A stretch of 59,749 nucleotides of DNA, counting the filler. It is 9 parts of 9 records of this genome, joined end to end, with 100 filler letters (N's around TTAATTAATTAA, not from the genome) between each part and the next. Parts side by side here need not be neighbours in the genome. Positions count along the whole stretch, not along the records: positions 17,099 to 23,539 come from SRR31147125_267787; positions 23,640 to 30,081 come from SRR31147125_268130; positions 30,182 to 35,794 come from SRR31147125_268836; 6 more parts are not named here. One strand, 5' to 3'. Below, in pieces: positions 20,101 to 31,695 of this stretch (positions are counted from its first letter, which is position 1; the number at the start of each line of letters is the position of its first letter). The notes beneath the pieces were generated by a model. The model had not been told where the DNA came from and made no database searches. It saw only the letters and a program-made list of their open reading frames with translations. Both the position numbers and the translations under genes were made by a program.

Positions 20101-23100
20101 CCTCAATACTCTTGAGCTTGTAGAGATCCTGTTCAACCAGAATGAGTTCATGAACCCCAAAGGAAGAAGTGCATGTGCCCCACCGATAGCAGCGTTAGGT
20201 CCTCCTTGCATGAAACAACGTCCTTCATGATGGTACGGCTCACATTTCGCACGAAACTGAAGCTTTCGTCATAACAGATGTTCAAAACGGGAACAGTCTG
20301 CACAGGGGACAAGGGTGATTTGACCAACAGCGCCGCCTCCTGTAGAGCAGCCAGAACAGAGGTCAATGCCATTTGAAGTATTGCTATTCTGTTGCCCAAT
20401 GATTCTGTGAAGGAATGTCCCCATGTTTCTGTTACATTAGAGGGAGAGGATACGATCGTGATAACTGAAGCCCCGAATTCACAAGAAGGGAGTGTCCGTG
20501 TACACTCTTCGACAACTACCCTCCGTAAGACGTGTCCCCCCTCCCTCCCTCATCCAAAGGCCGGCTCACCTGGAGGCTGTTACCCTTCTGTTCCTTCTCA
20601 TCGTCATTCAATAAGACCGAGCGATAGGAGTCCAGGTGGGCATCGTTCTCTCCCGTCCATAGAAGCAACAGAAAGAATTCTGTGGGAGGAACTCCACAGC
20701 GCTAGGGACGGGACGTGAGCTTCCCAGCACATCCACACCCGTACACACCCGCACACAACGCACGGCCATCTCTGCACAAATTCTGTTTCTCCCTATCCCA
20801 GAAGCGAGATAGAGCATAAGTGTCATGGCCGCTTCCTCATTTCCAGACAACACAAACTGTTCACGAATCTGTACACCCGTTAACACATCATGCTGTGAGG
20901 GAATAGGGGTGTCGCACTGTTTGCTTGAGTTTGTGTGAGATGTCGGTGCACATTGAAAGCAAGAGGGCGACCACAGCGGCCGCCGCATCTCCCTCCGTGT
21001 CGACCAAGGTGGAACAAATCCTCATGAGAAGCACATCCAAGATTGCACCATGACGAATCGCGGTGACAGAATGGATGTCAGAGTCGAGAAAGTTACGAAA
21101 CACGGTAGGAAGCAGGCCGATGAAGGTGTTAGAAAGAGTTGTGGAGGCAGCTGCAAGAAGCAGGGAAGGCAGGGAAGGCAGGGAAGGCAGGGAAGAACAA
21201 ACAGATCCGTACGTACAAGGGCTGACTCCTTGAGTCAAGAGCCTCATTCGATGAAGAAATACGTTTGATGAGGCCAACGAGATCCATGAATCCGCTAACA
21301 AGAGGGAATCAGACAGTCCGATCGGGATGGGAAGCCGTTCCAGTAGTCTCCAACACACACGGAAGAGTTGCTCACACAGTGCTAGGGCTGAATGCACAAA
21401 ATGAGTTGGTTCGGGTGGATCAATCGTGATGCGTACCGTGAGGGGACTCATCCTCATTTCCAATATCGAGACACTTGCACAGGGCTTCATAGAACTCGGT
21501 ATACCGAGAAAACAGAGACAGCGCCTGAAGGGCATCCTCTGAAACACTCCTTGGAGAGCCAGGCACATTAAAAAGCTCGTAGATGCATGGAATGCTGGAG
21601 AATGCTTCTAAGGACGGGGAAGAAAGACGACAGAGACGCACCACGGATGTGCCTCATAGGTGCTGTAAATCTTGTCCACAACCGATGGATAGTACTTCAT
21701 CGGTTTGGCTCCCTGAAAGGTACACACAGGTGAGGGCCAAGGCAAACCTTCGGGACCCTCACGTACCAGCATCAATTGTGAAACAGCAACAGGCCGAAAG
21801 ATGAGGTTGGTTCGAAAGGAACCCAGAAACGTGACAGGAGGAGCCTCAAAGAAGAGGAGCAGAGTTTCCACCAATTGGACCAAGGCCAATTGAAGGGGCA
21901 CACACTTGACACGTAGATTGGCACGTTCGACAACAGTCTGGGTTGTCAATCCCAGAATGTGGGCTCGTGTTCCCTTCGAACTGTGGACGAACACGAAGAG
22001 CAGCAGCTGGAGAATGTGCAAAGAGAATGGACTGGTTTCTTCCTCGTGCAGTCGGTTGAAGTTGTGAAGAAATGCCGTCCATATCCGTTTTGCAAGGTTA
22101 TTGGTATCGGGATCGCCTTCGGCATTTTCTACACTCCATCGCTTGATGCAGATCCTACCACATTGCAGTGAACCAACCGGGCTGGCAATGCAAAACGTGG
22201 GCACAAACTTTGCAGCAATCATCATTTCGTCGTGGGTCGCACTAGGTGCCAGGACCCCCGTAGAAGAGAAGGGAATCAAAGTAGGCGCCCTACAATGCTC
22301 ATCCCTGTCAGATCCAGATCACAAGCCGTCCTATTTCACGAAACGTGCCTGCAAGTCTTCCCGCCAATATTCACGCACGATAAGAGTGTGCACAAGTCGA
22401 TGGAAGGCATTGTAGATGTGTCCATCACGAACCCATGCCCCAAACCTTTTTTCTGGGGTAGAAAACGTTAGCAGAAGGATCTACACCACGCGTGCAGGCG
22501 TGTCGGCGCACTCATGCCCATGGAAGCAACAGGTGAATGACCTGAAGCAATAGAATGCAGTACCCTAATGTGCTGGGTGGATAGAAGGCGTCTGGATTGT
22601 GGATGTGTTGAGTTTCTCTGTAGTTCCCCAGCAACGCAACCACTCACCGCCAGGTTTCGGGCATCTTGGAATTCCCCTCTTCCACAAGGAATATGTGAAG
22701 GCGCATGTGTTCCAGAAGTGTATGAAGGAGCGTAGGGAATTCCGAAGGAATCTGCATTCGAGTTGGGTGTCCATCTCACATGCGACAAGGGACTGACTGA
22801 CTACGTACGGCATCCTCGGACGGCTTAACGAGTTGTGATGTGGAGGGAAGGGGCGGAGGTGGGGGCGGGGGCGGGGGCGGGGGTGTCACCGTTGCCGCTG
22901 CGACCGCGAGTTGTTCTGTAAATAAGTTGCCCAGAAAGGAATCCTCCACCAAAGAGCTCGATGACTCTCCCGTGTCAATAGGAGTGACGGGAACTGAACT
23001 CGAAGGAGAAGATTCCCCCTTCTTGGGCTTGCACTGCCGAAACAACCTCGGAGGGTTAGTCCTTTTGTTTCTTCGCGAGATAGAGCGATCGCACCTCAGC

Positions 23101-23539
23101 ATAGGACAAAAGCAAAAGGGCAAAGAGGGGATCCAAGAGTTGGTTCGTTTCTTTCAATACAAATCCGAGGCGACTCTCGTCCTAGTGGATGGGTTGGTTG
23201 ATTGATGAATGAATAGATTCACACAAACCGTCAGCGGAATGTGCAGGTTGAAGCATGCATCATCACGATACTGAAACTGTGAACCAGAGGGCGGGTGAAG
23301 CCTGTGCAGCAGAGCCGGAACCTACTCTGTCGTGAGGACACCCTCAAGGATAACAGACAATGTGACGTGTACCTCGGATGTAGGACCCTCCTCATATACT
23401 GCGTCGGGTGGCGGGGCACCTGCTGACCGAACTGCCAGAAGCTGTGTTAGAAGCTGTAATACCAAGTTCAGCAAGGATGGGCAAAGACTTGATGTTCTGT
23501 GAGACGGGACGTCAGCACACACACACACACACACACACA
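17099..23539 (-). CDS. UBR4: Eukaryotic multi-exon gene fragment: BIG/UBR4 (calossin-like) giant UBR-box protein
   Basis: Removing GT-AG introns 18827-18895 and 18690-18736 gives the UBR box [71 protein letters not shown]. Downstream exons ('[10 protein letters not shown]', 'NGMITKSLL', '[27 protein letters not shown]') follow the plant BIG sequence as I recall it. Full exon structure not resolved; upstream exons are assumed to be the same gene. Confidence 0.85.
21160..21195. repeat. 4 x 9-bp tandem repeat (GCAGGGAAG)
   Basis: Read directly; lies inside a probable 66-nt intron (21151-21216). Confidence 0.85.
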
Positions 23540-23639
23540 NNNNNNNNNNNNNNNNNNNNNNNNNNNNNNNNNNNNNNNNNNNNTTAATTAATTAANNNNN
23601 NNNNNNNNNNNNNNNNNNNNNNNNNNNNNNNNNNNNNNN

Positions 23640-24302
23640 AAAAAAACACCTGCCACTCAAAAACCTTACCGGGTCAATGGAAAGTACTATCGCCCTCTGA
23701 AAAGCGCGAAAGGCTTTACCCAAACCGGTATTGCCTCCTGGTACGGCAAGAAATTTCACGGCCGAAAAACCTCCAATGGAGAAACCTACAATATGTATAA
23801 GGTCTCGGCTGCCCATAAAACCCTGCCCATGGACACCTGGGTACGGGTACATAATCTGGAAAACGGAAAAAAGCTGGATGTTCGAATCAACGATAGAGGC
23901 CCGTTTGTCCGGGGGCGCATTATCGATCTTTCCTACAAAGCCGCCCGGATCCTTGGCGTGGCAAAAAAGGGGACGGCAAAAGTTCGCATCCAGGCATTGG
24001 GAAAATCCTCCGGAACAACAGGTGCCGGATCTTCAAAAAAGGTGATCTATACCCCTGTCGATTATTATAAAGGGAACTTCACCGTACAGGTTGGCGCCTT
24101 TACCGTACGGGCCAATGCGGAAAAATTACAAGCGCACTTGAGACGAAAGTACGGGCATGCACACATTACCCGGTATTGGAGTGGAAGCGCTCTGTTTTAT
24201 CGGGTAAGAGTCGGGAAATTCACCGATTTAAACAATGCCGAACGCTTTAGAAATAAAATGATGAACAGCGGAACCCAAACGGCATTTATCGTGGCGGAAT
24301 AA
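23640..24302 (+). CDS. rlpA: Septal lytic transglycosylase RlpA with SPOR domain (5' partial)
   Basis: 'GIASWYGKKFHGRKTSNGETYNM..SAAHKTLP', 'VRINDRGPF..GRIIDLS' and SPOR 'VQVGAF'. Confidence 0.92.
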   Translation, partial: KKTPATQKPYRVNGKYYRPLKSAKGFTQTGIASWYGKKFHGRKTSNGETYNMYKVSAAHKTLPMDTWVRVHNLENGKKLDVRINDRGPFVRGRIIDLSYKAARILGVAKKGTAKVRIQALGKSSGTTGAGSSKKVIYTPVDYYKGNFTVQVGAFTVRANAEKLQAHLRRKYGHAHITRYWSGSALFYRVRVGKFTDLNNAERFRNKMMNSGTQTAFIVAE

Positions 24303-24309
24303 GAAGCAC

Positions 24310-24905
24310 ATGAGGGGTTCAAAAAAGAGAGGATCTTCACCATCTTTACCGTTTTTTTAGACCGGGACGGCGTGGTTAACGTCGACTCTCCGGATTACAT
24401 CAAAAGCCCGGATGAATTTCATTTCATCCCCGAGAGCGCCGAGGCCATTGCCATGCTGACCCGTGCCGAATGCGATGTGATTGTCATCACCAATCAATCC
24501 GCCATCGGTCGCGGTATGATCAACCATGAAACGCTGCAGGCCATCTTCACAAAAATGAAAGACCACGTGGCCCGAGCCGGAGGAAAAATCAAGGATATCT
24601 TCTTTTGTCCCCATACTCCGGATGACGGGTGCCAATGTCGAAAACCATTACCGGGCTTGATAGAGCAGGCTGTGGATCGATACAAAATCGATTTGACCCG
24701 CGCCGCCATGGTGGGAGACAGCGCCAAAGATATCGCCTGTGCCCGTGCCGCCGGATGCGCCCAGGCACTATTTGTCCTGAGTGGAAAGTCCCCCGAAGCT
24801 CAGTTGGAAAAAGCCAAAAGAGCGTGTCCCCCGGATGGAATCTACACCGATCTGATGGCGGCGGCAAAGTGGATTATCCAATATAACGATCTTAAAATTC
24901 AATGA
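24310..24905 (+). CDS. gmhB: D,D-heptose 1,7-bisphosphate phosphatase; frameshift at the A-run 24321-24326
   Basis: The HAD motif 'VFLDRDGV' lies upstream of the track start; 'ITNQS', 'CPHTPDDGCQCRKP' and 'MVGD'. ATG 24310 joins the frame with one extra A. Confidence 0.88.
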
Positions 24906-27037
24906 TCACCGTCAACGGCACCCTCAAAAAAATCACCTTCAAAAACGAAGACAATCACTACACCATTGCCAGGCTGAAAGTCCCTGAAAGCCGGGAGACC
25001 GTCACCATTGTGGGCCATCTGGCCGGTGTGGCCGAGGGAGAAAGCCTCAAACTCATCGGCAAATGGGTAACCCACGCCAAATACGGGGATCAATTCAAGG
25101 TGGAGAGCTTTGATGTGACCCTTCCGGCAACGGTATCGGGGATTCGGGATTATCTTGGGTCGGGGATCATTCCGGGCATCGGAAAATCCATGGCCCGTCG
25201 GATTGTCAAGCATTTCAAAGAGCAGTCCCTTGAGATCGTCGAAAACGAACCGGAACGGCTCATGGAGATTGACGGCATCGGAAAATCAAAACTGGCTGCC
25301 ATCTCCAACGCATGGGACAAACATCATGCCGTCCGGAAGGTGATGCAATTTCTCCAGGACAAAGGGATCGGCATCACCCATGCCTCCGCCATCCTCAACT
25401 ATTACGGAAAAAACGCCCTGAAAGTGCTCAAGGCCAATCCCTACCGTCTCTCCAAAGATGTGCCTGACGCCGGATTTACCGTTGCCGACACCATCGCTCT
25501 CCAGAGCGGTATTGAGCGTGACGATCCGGAACGCATCAAAGCATCCCTTCTCTATCTACTGTTCAAAAATGAGGATGACGGACACGCCTATGCTCTGAAA
25601 AATGATTTGTTGATGCGCTGCATCCGATTGACCGCCGCAGAACGCACGCTGGTGGAGAAGGCACTGGATCATCTTGAAGAAGATAAGGAAATTATTGTTG
25701 AAGAAGAGAGGATCTACACCCGACAAATGCACCGGGCCGAAACCACCATTGCCATGAAAATCAAAGCCATGCGAACCATTCCCATACCGGACTACGGCCT
25801 GGATGAAGAGAATATCACCCATGAAGTGCTGTCACGGTTGGCCCTGAAACTCTCCGAAGAGCAGGTGGAGATCATCCGAGGCGTCCTCTCCCACCGGGTG
25901 GTGGTGATCACCGGAGGACCGGGAACCGGAAAAACGACCCTGGTCCGGGCAGTCTGTGCGGTCTTTCGAAAGCTTGGAAAAAAAATCAACCTCTCCGCCC
26001 CCACAGGACGGGCCGCCCGTCGTCTGGCCGAAGTCACCGATCGAAAAGCCCTTACCCTGCACCGGATGCTGCTTTATGATCCCGATGCGGAAGTGTTCAA
26101 TCGCAATCAGGACCATCCCCTGGACGCCGATGTGGTGGTGGTGGATGAAGCCTCCATGGTGGACGCCTATCTCATGTATCATCTCATCTGTGCCGTGCCG
26201 GTGAATGCCGTACTGATCTTGGTGGGAGACATTTTCCAACTCCCTTCCGTAGGGCCGGGAAACGTCCTGTCGGATATGATCCACAGTGAGACCGTCACCA
26301 CATTCTCCCTGACCCGAATTTTTCGCCAGGCAGAGCAAAGTCCCATTGTGATGAGTGCCCATGCCATTCGAAACGGCGAAATGCCCCTGCTGGAAAAGAA
26401 AAATAAAAGTGACGGACTGTCTGAGTTTTACTTCATCGAAACCCATGATCCGGAACGGGTGGTGGCCATCATCTCCGAACTTTGCAGTTGCCGTATCAAA
26501 AACGCCTTTCCCCATGTGGACGAAATCCAGGTGCTGACACCGATGCATAAAGGGGAAGCCGGGACCATCAACCTCAACCAGCGACTCCAGACCGTGTTGA
26601 ACGATCATCCCGGCGGATTGGAGAGCAGAGGCATCCTGTTCAAGACCGGCGATAAGGTGATGCATCTCAAAAACAACTACCAAAAGGAAGTGTTCAATGG
26701 AGATATCGGTATGGTGAATGAGGTGATTCCGTCTGAAAATCGATTGGTGGTGAACTACGAGGGGCGGTTGGTGGATTATGACATCTTGGAGTTGGATGAG
26801 TTGACCTTGGCGTATGCCGTGTCGGTCCATAAATCCCAAGGATCGGAATATTCGGCGGTGGTCATTGCCATGACCACCATGCACTACCCGCTGCTGCAAC
26901 GCAATCTTCTCTACACGGCCATGACACGGGGAAAAGAGCTGGTGATCATTGTCGGGGCAAGACGGGCAGTGGAGATCGCACTACATAACAATAAAACCCG
27001 GCTGCGCTTCTCCGGGTTAAAGGATCGAATCGGCTGA
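24902..27037 (+). CDS. recD2: ATP-dependent RecD2-like DNA helicase
   Basis: N-terminal OB/HhH region, 'ITGGPGTGKTT', 'DEASMVD', 'GDIFQLPSVGPG' and 'YAVSVHKSQGSEY'. Confidence 0.93.
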   Translation: MITVNGTLKKITFKNEDNHYTIARLKVPESRETVTIVGHLAGVAEGESLKLIGKWVTHAKYGDQFKVESFDVTLPATVSGIRDYLGSGIIPGIGKSMARRIVKHFKEQSLEIVENEPERLMEIDGIGKSKLAAISNAWDKHHAVRKVMQFLQDKGIGITHASAILNYYGKNALKVLKANPYRLSKDVPDAGFTVADTIALQSGIERDDPERIKASLLYLLFKNEDDGHAYALKNDLLMRCIRLTAAERTLVEKALDHLEEDKEIIVEEERIYTRQMHRAETTIAMKIKAMRTIPIPDYGLDEENITHEVLSRLALKLSEEQVEIIRGVLSHRVVVITGGPGTGKTTLVRAVCAVFRKLGKKINLSAPTGRAARRLAEVTDRKALTLHRMLLYDPDAEVFNRNQDHPLDADVVVVDEASMVDAYLMYHLICAVPVNAVLILVGDIFQLPSVGPGNVLSDMIHSETVTTFSLTRIFRQAEQSPIVMSAHAIRNGEMPLLEKKNKSDGLSEFYFIETHDPERVVAIISELCSCRIKNAFPHVDEIQVLTPMHKGEAGTINLNQRLQTVLNDHPGGLESRGILFKTGDKVMHLKNNYQKEVFNGDIGMVNEVIPSENRLVVNYEGRLVDYDILELDELTLAYAVSVHKSQGSEYSAVVIAMTTMHYPLLQRNLLYTAMTRGKELVIIVGARRAVEIALHNNKTRLRFSGLKDRIG

Positions 27038-27103
27038 CCCCACAGGTTGAGTACGAATGTCAATTTTTAAATTGAACCGTTGTTTCAGAATCAAATTCCA
27101 ACG

Positions 27104-29816
27104 TCAATATGCATCAATATCGGAGCTGTTGATCAGCACTTGCCGTGGTTTGATCCCATCGGACGGTCCGACAATTCCTTTTTTCTCCATGATATCGATG
27201 ATTCTTGCAGCTCGATTGTATCCCACCCGCAGTGCCCGCTGAATACCGGATATGGATGCCTGACGAGTGGAGACAACGAACTCCAGCGCTTCGTTGTATT
27301 TCTCATCATACTCATCATCCATGGTCTCGGTTGATACCTCTTCGGGTTCCTGCTCCGTAATTACATCAAAAATATAATTGGGTTTTCGCTGGGCTTTGAT
27401 AAATGCCGTGATCCGGCTCAGCTCTTCCTCTGATAAATAGGTACCGTGAACGCGGGTCAAGCGAGCGGTCCCCGGCGGCACAAACAGCATATCCCCATTT
27501 CCGAGAAGGGTTTCCGCCCCATTGGAATCGATGATGGTTCGAGAGTCGGTTTTTGAAGAGACCTGAAAAGAGATCCGGGTGGGGAAGTTGGCTTTGATAA
27601 TACCGGTCAACACATCCACCGAGGGGCGCTGGGTGGCCAAAATGAGATGAATCCCGGCGGCTCTTGCCATCTGAGCCAATCGCGTCAATGAGAGCTCGAT
27701 GTCCCTGGATGCGGTCATCATGAGGTCGGCCAGCTCATCGATGATCACCACAATGAAAGGCAGCGGGGTCAGCACCTCACCCTCTTCATCATATTGCGGC
27801 TCGTCGGCACGCTCAATTTTGCGATTGTATTGATCGATATTCCTCACTTGGAACTGGGCCAAGAGATTATACCGTCGATCCATCTCCCGGACCATCCACT
27901 GAAGTGCAATATTGGCCTTTTTCATATCCGTGATCACCGGCGTCAGCAGATGGGGGATATCATTGTAAAATGAGAGCTCGATTCGTTTGGGATCGATCAT
28001 CAGAAACTTCACTTCATCGGGTGAGGCTTTGTAAAGAATGCTGGTGATCATGGCATTGAGCCCCACGCTTTTTCCCGTACCCGTTGCACCGGCGATGAGC
28101 AGATGGGGCATTTTCTCCAACTGAACCACAACGGGGTTTCCGATGATGTCCTTACCAAGACAGATGGGGACCTTGGAGGGGCTGGTCACAAAGTCGTCCG
28201 AGGTAACGATATCGAGAAAGGGGACCAGGCTCTTTTTCAGATTGGGAATCTCTATCCCCATGACATCCTTGCCGGGAATGGGTGCCACGATCCGGATACT
28301 GAACGCACTCAGCGCCAAAGCCAGATCATCTGCCAGGTTCACTATTTTGCTGATCTTGGTTCCCGGATCGGGCTTATATTCAAATGTGGTGATGACCGGT
28401 CCCGGGGAGACCCCCATGACCTCGCCCTTGATACCGAAATACCCCAATTTTTTCTCCAGTTTTTCGGCATCTTGCCGAATTCGATTCTGGTCCACCTCAG
28501 TCTCTTTACTCTGATTCTGTAGAAATGAAAGTAGGGGAAGCCGGTATGATCCCGAGTTCTGATCCGCCGGCACCACCGGAACACTGTGACGTTTCATGGG
28601 AGTGTTGATAATGAAAGAGGGGGCATCGATTATGTCGCAATCAGACGATTCAGAAGATGTTGACGAAGGGGAGAGTGAAGGTAACGGTGGCGAGGACTCT
28701 GCATCCGGCCCTGATATTGCCGTTGCCGCTTCATTTGAGGGTCGTTGTTCCGCCGATTGAGACTCGGGCAAAGAGGAAGACGCAGATGACGCCGGTATTG
28801 ATGAGACGCTCCCCAACGCCTCGTTTTTTTTTCTTTTCATCCTGCTCACCCGATACATTGTAAGCCGGGGAGAAGGTGGTATCGAATGAAGATGACGCAT
28901 TAGATCCCGATAAAACCCGAGTTGACTCTGAAGAGGGAGACGGTGACTGAGATGAAGAAGGAATGGTCGTTGACTCGACCTGCTCATCAGATGTTGGAAC
29001 GTTTTTTTCAGCAGAAGAATTCGGGGATGGCGTCGACCTTTTTGAAACGGATGCTTTTTCATTCGGACTTTCATCGCTCAATGTCGACGAAGTCGATTCT
29101 GCGTTTGGTGCGACCGTCTCTGTAGAATACGAAATCGGCCTATCCACACGTTGCTCTTCCGAGCTGTCAGGTCCATGATCACCTTGTCTATCTTTTACAT
29201 CTGTTGTTTCCGAAGCAGTGCTCTGAGTTTGCCTGTTCTCTTCTTTCCGGGTTTCTTTGGGATGATCGTCAAACTCGGCGTCATCGTTTTTGTGACCGTT
29301 ATGAACCGTCTCCGGATCAACATTGTTTGAGTCATCGCTCATATCCGACATGATCATTTCATCGGCATTGACAATCTCTGTCAGAAGAATAGGCTCTTCT
29401 TCGATCGAAGCTGAGACAGGGGTAGATACATCGGACGGCCCCACCAAAGGTTGAGATGTGGATGGGCCGGCAGCAGCTCCTGGATTCAGCGTTTCACTTG
29501 CCTCTCGAAATGCCTGAACCTCATCGGTCAACAAGGCAAAGCGCTCTTCCAGCAAGACATGCTTTTCAGCGATATTCAACGCCGATAAAAGCAACATGGC
29601 ATATGGTTTCGAATTGCCGACGTCCCCTTCCATTCGACTCCCCACCGATTGCATCTCTTCGGTAACCATTTGGGCAATGGAATCCACCCGCTTCAGCAGA
29701 TCTTCGTTTTCAATTTTAAAACTAAACGGACCACAAGGGGTTTGTATAGTCAACACATCATCATCTAGGGCGTAATTTTTCTTTTCCACGACATCATCTA
29801 TTTTTTTTTGGTTCAT
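27104..29816 (-). CDS. ftsK: DNA translocase FtsK with an N-terminal ZapA-like domain and long S/P/E-rich linker, no TM domain; frameshift at the A9 run 28824-28832
   Basis: Motor motifs 'PHLLIAGATGTGKS', 'IDELADLMM', 'LATQRPSVDV' and gamma domain 'LRVGYNRAARII'. The N-terminal ORF has 'LLLSALNIAEK'. Both frames read as the same low-complexity linker on either side of the A9 run. Confidence 0.8.
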
Positions 29817-30181
29817 TGATCGTGATGGATCTACATCACATCATTGGTCTTCATCGATCCGATTGCCCATTTGCTCCCACTGAACGCATGAACACGCTTT
29901 ATTGAAAGAACGAGTTGATAATTAACACAATTGCCAGGGTTTATCTATTCAAAAAGTGGAACGGCATGGGGGATGAAAAAGGGGGCAACCTTGTGGAGAA
30001 AAAGAAAGAGGGAGAAAATAATAAAAATGGTTCGATGGGTAAACCGGTTTGGGTAAGGAATGAGTCCGAAATAACTTATCCNNNNNNNNNNNNNNNNNNN
30101 NNNNNNNNNNNNNNNNNNNNNNNNNTTAATTAATTAANNNNNNNNNNNNNNNNNNNNNNNNNNNNNNNNNNNNNNNNNNNN

Positions 30182-31462
30182 CCCTCCCCGCTCTACACCG
30201 GTGCGTCATCGGTCGGCCTCGTCCTTTTTCTGCTGTCCACCCTGTGGATCAACCGCGGCTTCATGCAGGTCGCATCCATCATCGCTCTGATGGCCGGTCA
30301 CGCACTGATCTTCCGGTACGGACTCGGTTTTGACCAGTGGCACGAAGCGCTGACGAAGGGCATTGTGATGCCGCTGCTGTTCGTCGTCATTCCGTTGATC
30401 GCGGTTCCGATCAACAACGGCGGTTACCTGGAATCGCTGACCGGATTCGTCGCCCGGCACCGCACCCGGATCGGTCTGGTCTTCGTGGCGCTGACCCTGA
30501 TAAACCTGGCCCTGGCCGTAGCACTCAACATCGCGTCGATTATCATCTACCAGCGCCTGCTGAACCCCCTCGACCTCCCCAAACGCTATCTTGCCAGGCT
30601 GCACATGACCGTATACGGATCGTATATGATGTTTTCCCCGTACGACCCGGCAATCAACATGATCCTGCTCTACCAGCATGTCCCGTACGCCCACTATTTC
30701 CTGCCGGCGGTAACGCTGGTTTCCACACTCATCGGCGTGAACCTCCTGCTCGTCCTGGCTGACAGAAAGCTCGTCGCGGACATGATGGATCGTCTGGGAC
30801 AAGTCTCCGGAGATCATTCAGCGAACAGGCTGTGGGGACTGATGGGACATGTGGGGGCGCTCATCCTGCTGGCCTTTGGCGGCTCGCTGCTGCTCCCGAA
30901 GACACCGACGATCTTCATCGTGGCGGGGATTATCGTGGTCTACTCTCTTTTCTGGACCGCCCGGATTGGTGCGTTTTCCCAATTGAAAACGGAGCTGGGA
31001 CGCTACAGCAGGAACTTCGACGACTATATCGAGTTTCTGCCGTTTCTGATCTCGCTGTCGTTCTTCGGCGCGGTGGTGTCACTGACGCCCCTGCGCGAAG
31101 GGATAGGCTCCGGCTTCGTCTATCTGAGCGAGTTATCGCCCTATTTCGTCGCACTGGGCTGCATGCTCCTCGTGACCGTGCTGAGCCTCTGTGGAATCCA
31201 CATGATCATCCCCGTCACCACGCTCGCCCTCACCGCGTCCCCGGCCAGCCTCGGCCTCTCTGCCGAGGCCTTTGTCGGGCTGCTGCTCGCCTCCTGGGTG
31301 TCCGGCATGGTGGTTTCTCCGTTTATCCCGTTTACGGTAATCGCCAGCTCGGCCGCGCAGACGAAGGTGACGACCTTTGCCTACCGGTGGGGAATGACCA
31401 TGCTCATACCGTGGCTCGCGATCGCTCCCGCCGTCATCAGTGCTATCAACCGACTGACCTAG
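30182..31462 (+). CDS. Multi-pass membrane protein, possible transporter (5' partial)
   Basis: About 10 or more hydrophobic segments; frame open from the contig edge. Confidence 0.7.
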   Translation, partial: PSPLYTGASSVGLVLFLLSTLWINRGFMQVASIIALMAGHALIFRYGLGFDQWHEALTKGIVMPLLFVVIPLIAVPINNGGYLESLTGFVARHRTRIGLVFVALTLINLALAVALNIASIIIYQRLLNPLDLPKRYLARLHMTVYGSYMMFSPYDPAINMILLYQHVPYAHYFLPAVTLVSTLIGVNLLLVLADRKLVADMMDRLGQVSGDHSANRLWGLMGHVGALILLAFGGSLLLPKTPTIFIVAGIIVVYSLFWTARIGAFSQLKTELGRYSRNFDDYIEFLPFLISLSFFGAVVSLTPLREGIGSGFVYLSELSPYFVALGCMLLVTVLSLCGIHMIIPVTTLALTASPASLGLSAEAFVGLLLASWVSGMVVSPFIPFTVIASSAAQTKVTTFAYRWGMTMLIPWLAIAPAVISAINRLT

Positions 31463-31613
31463 CCCGAGGGTTGCGTCAGTATCGATTCAACATTCCTGAG
31501 AGGCAAAACTTTTGTCGCGTTCGGTCAAGCTGACCGGTGCAGCACGGGCTATGATAGCCAAAGTTGATATGGCAACTACCGGAGACGGAACGGAAGAGAA
31601 TCCGCTCCGGGGC

Positions 31614-31648
31614 AAAGGGCGGTCGGTTTAATGCCGACTGCCCTTTTT
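31614..31648. terminator. Bidirectional intrinsic terminator
   Basis: AAAGGGCGGTCGG-tttaatg-CCGACTGCCCTTTTT between convergent genes. Confidence 0.7.
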
Positions 31649-31695
31649 CTGTTTCTGGTCAGGTCGATAAGGCTTAAGGGTTCCTTAAGGTTCCC

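Noticed and set aside
22850-22885. G-rich run (possible G-quadruplex)
   Set aside because: Explained by a poly-proline tract on the minus strand.
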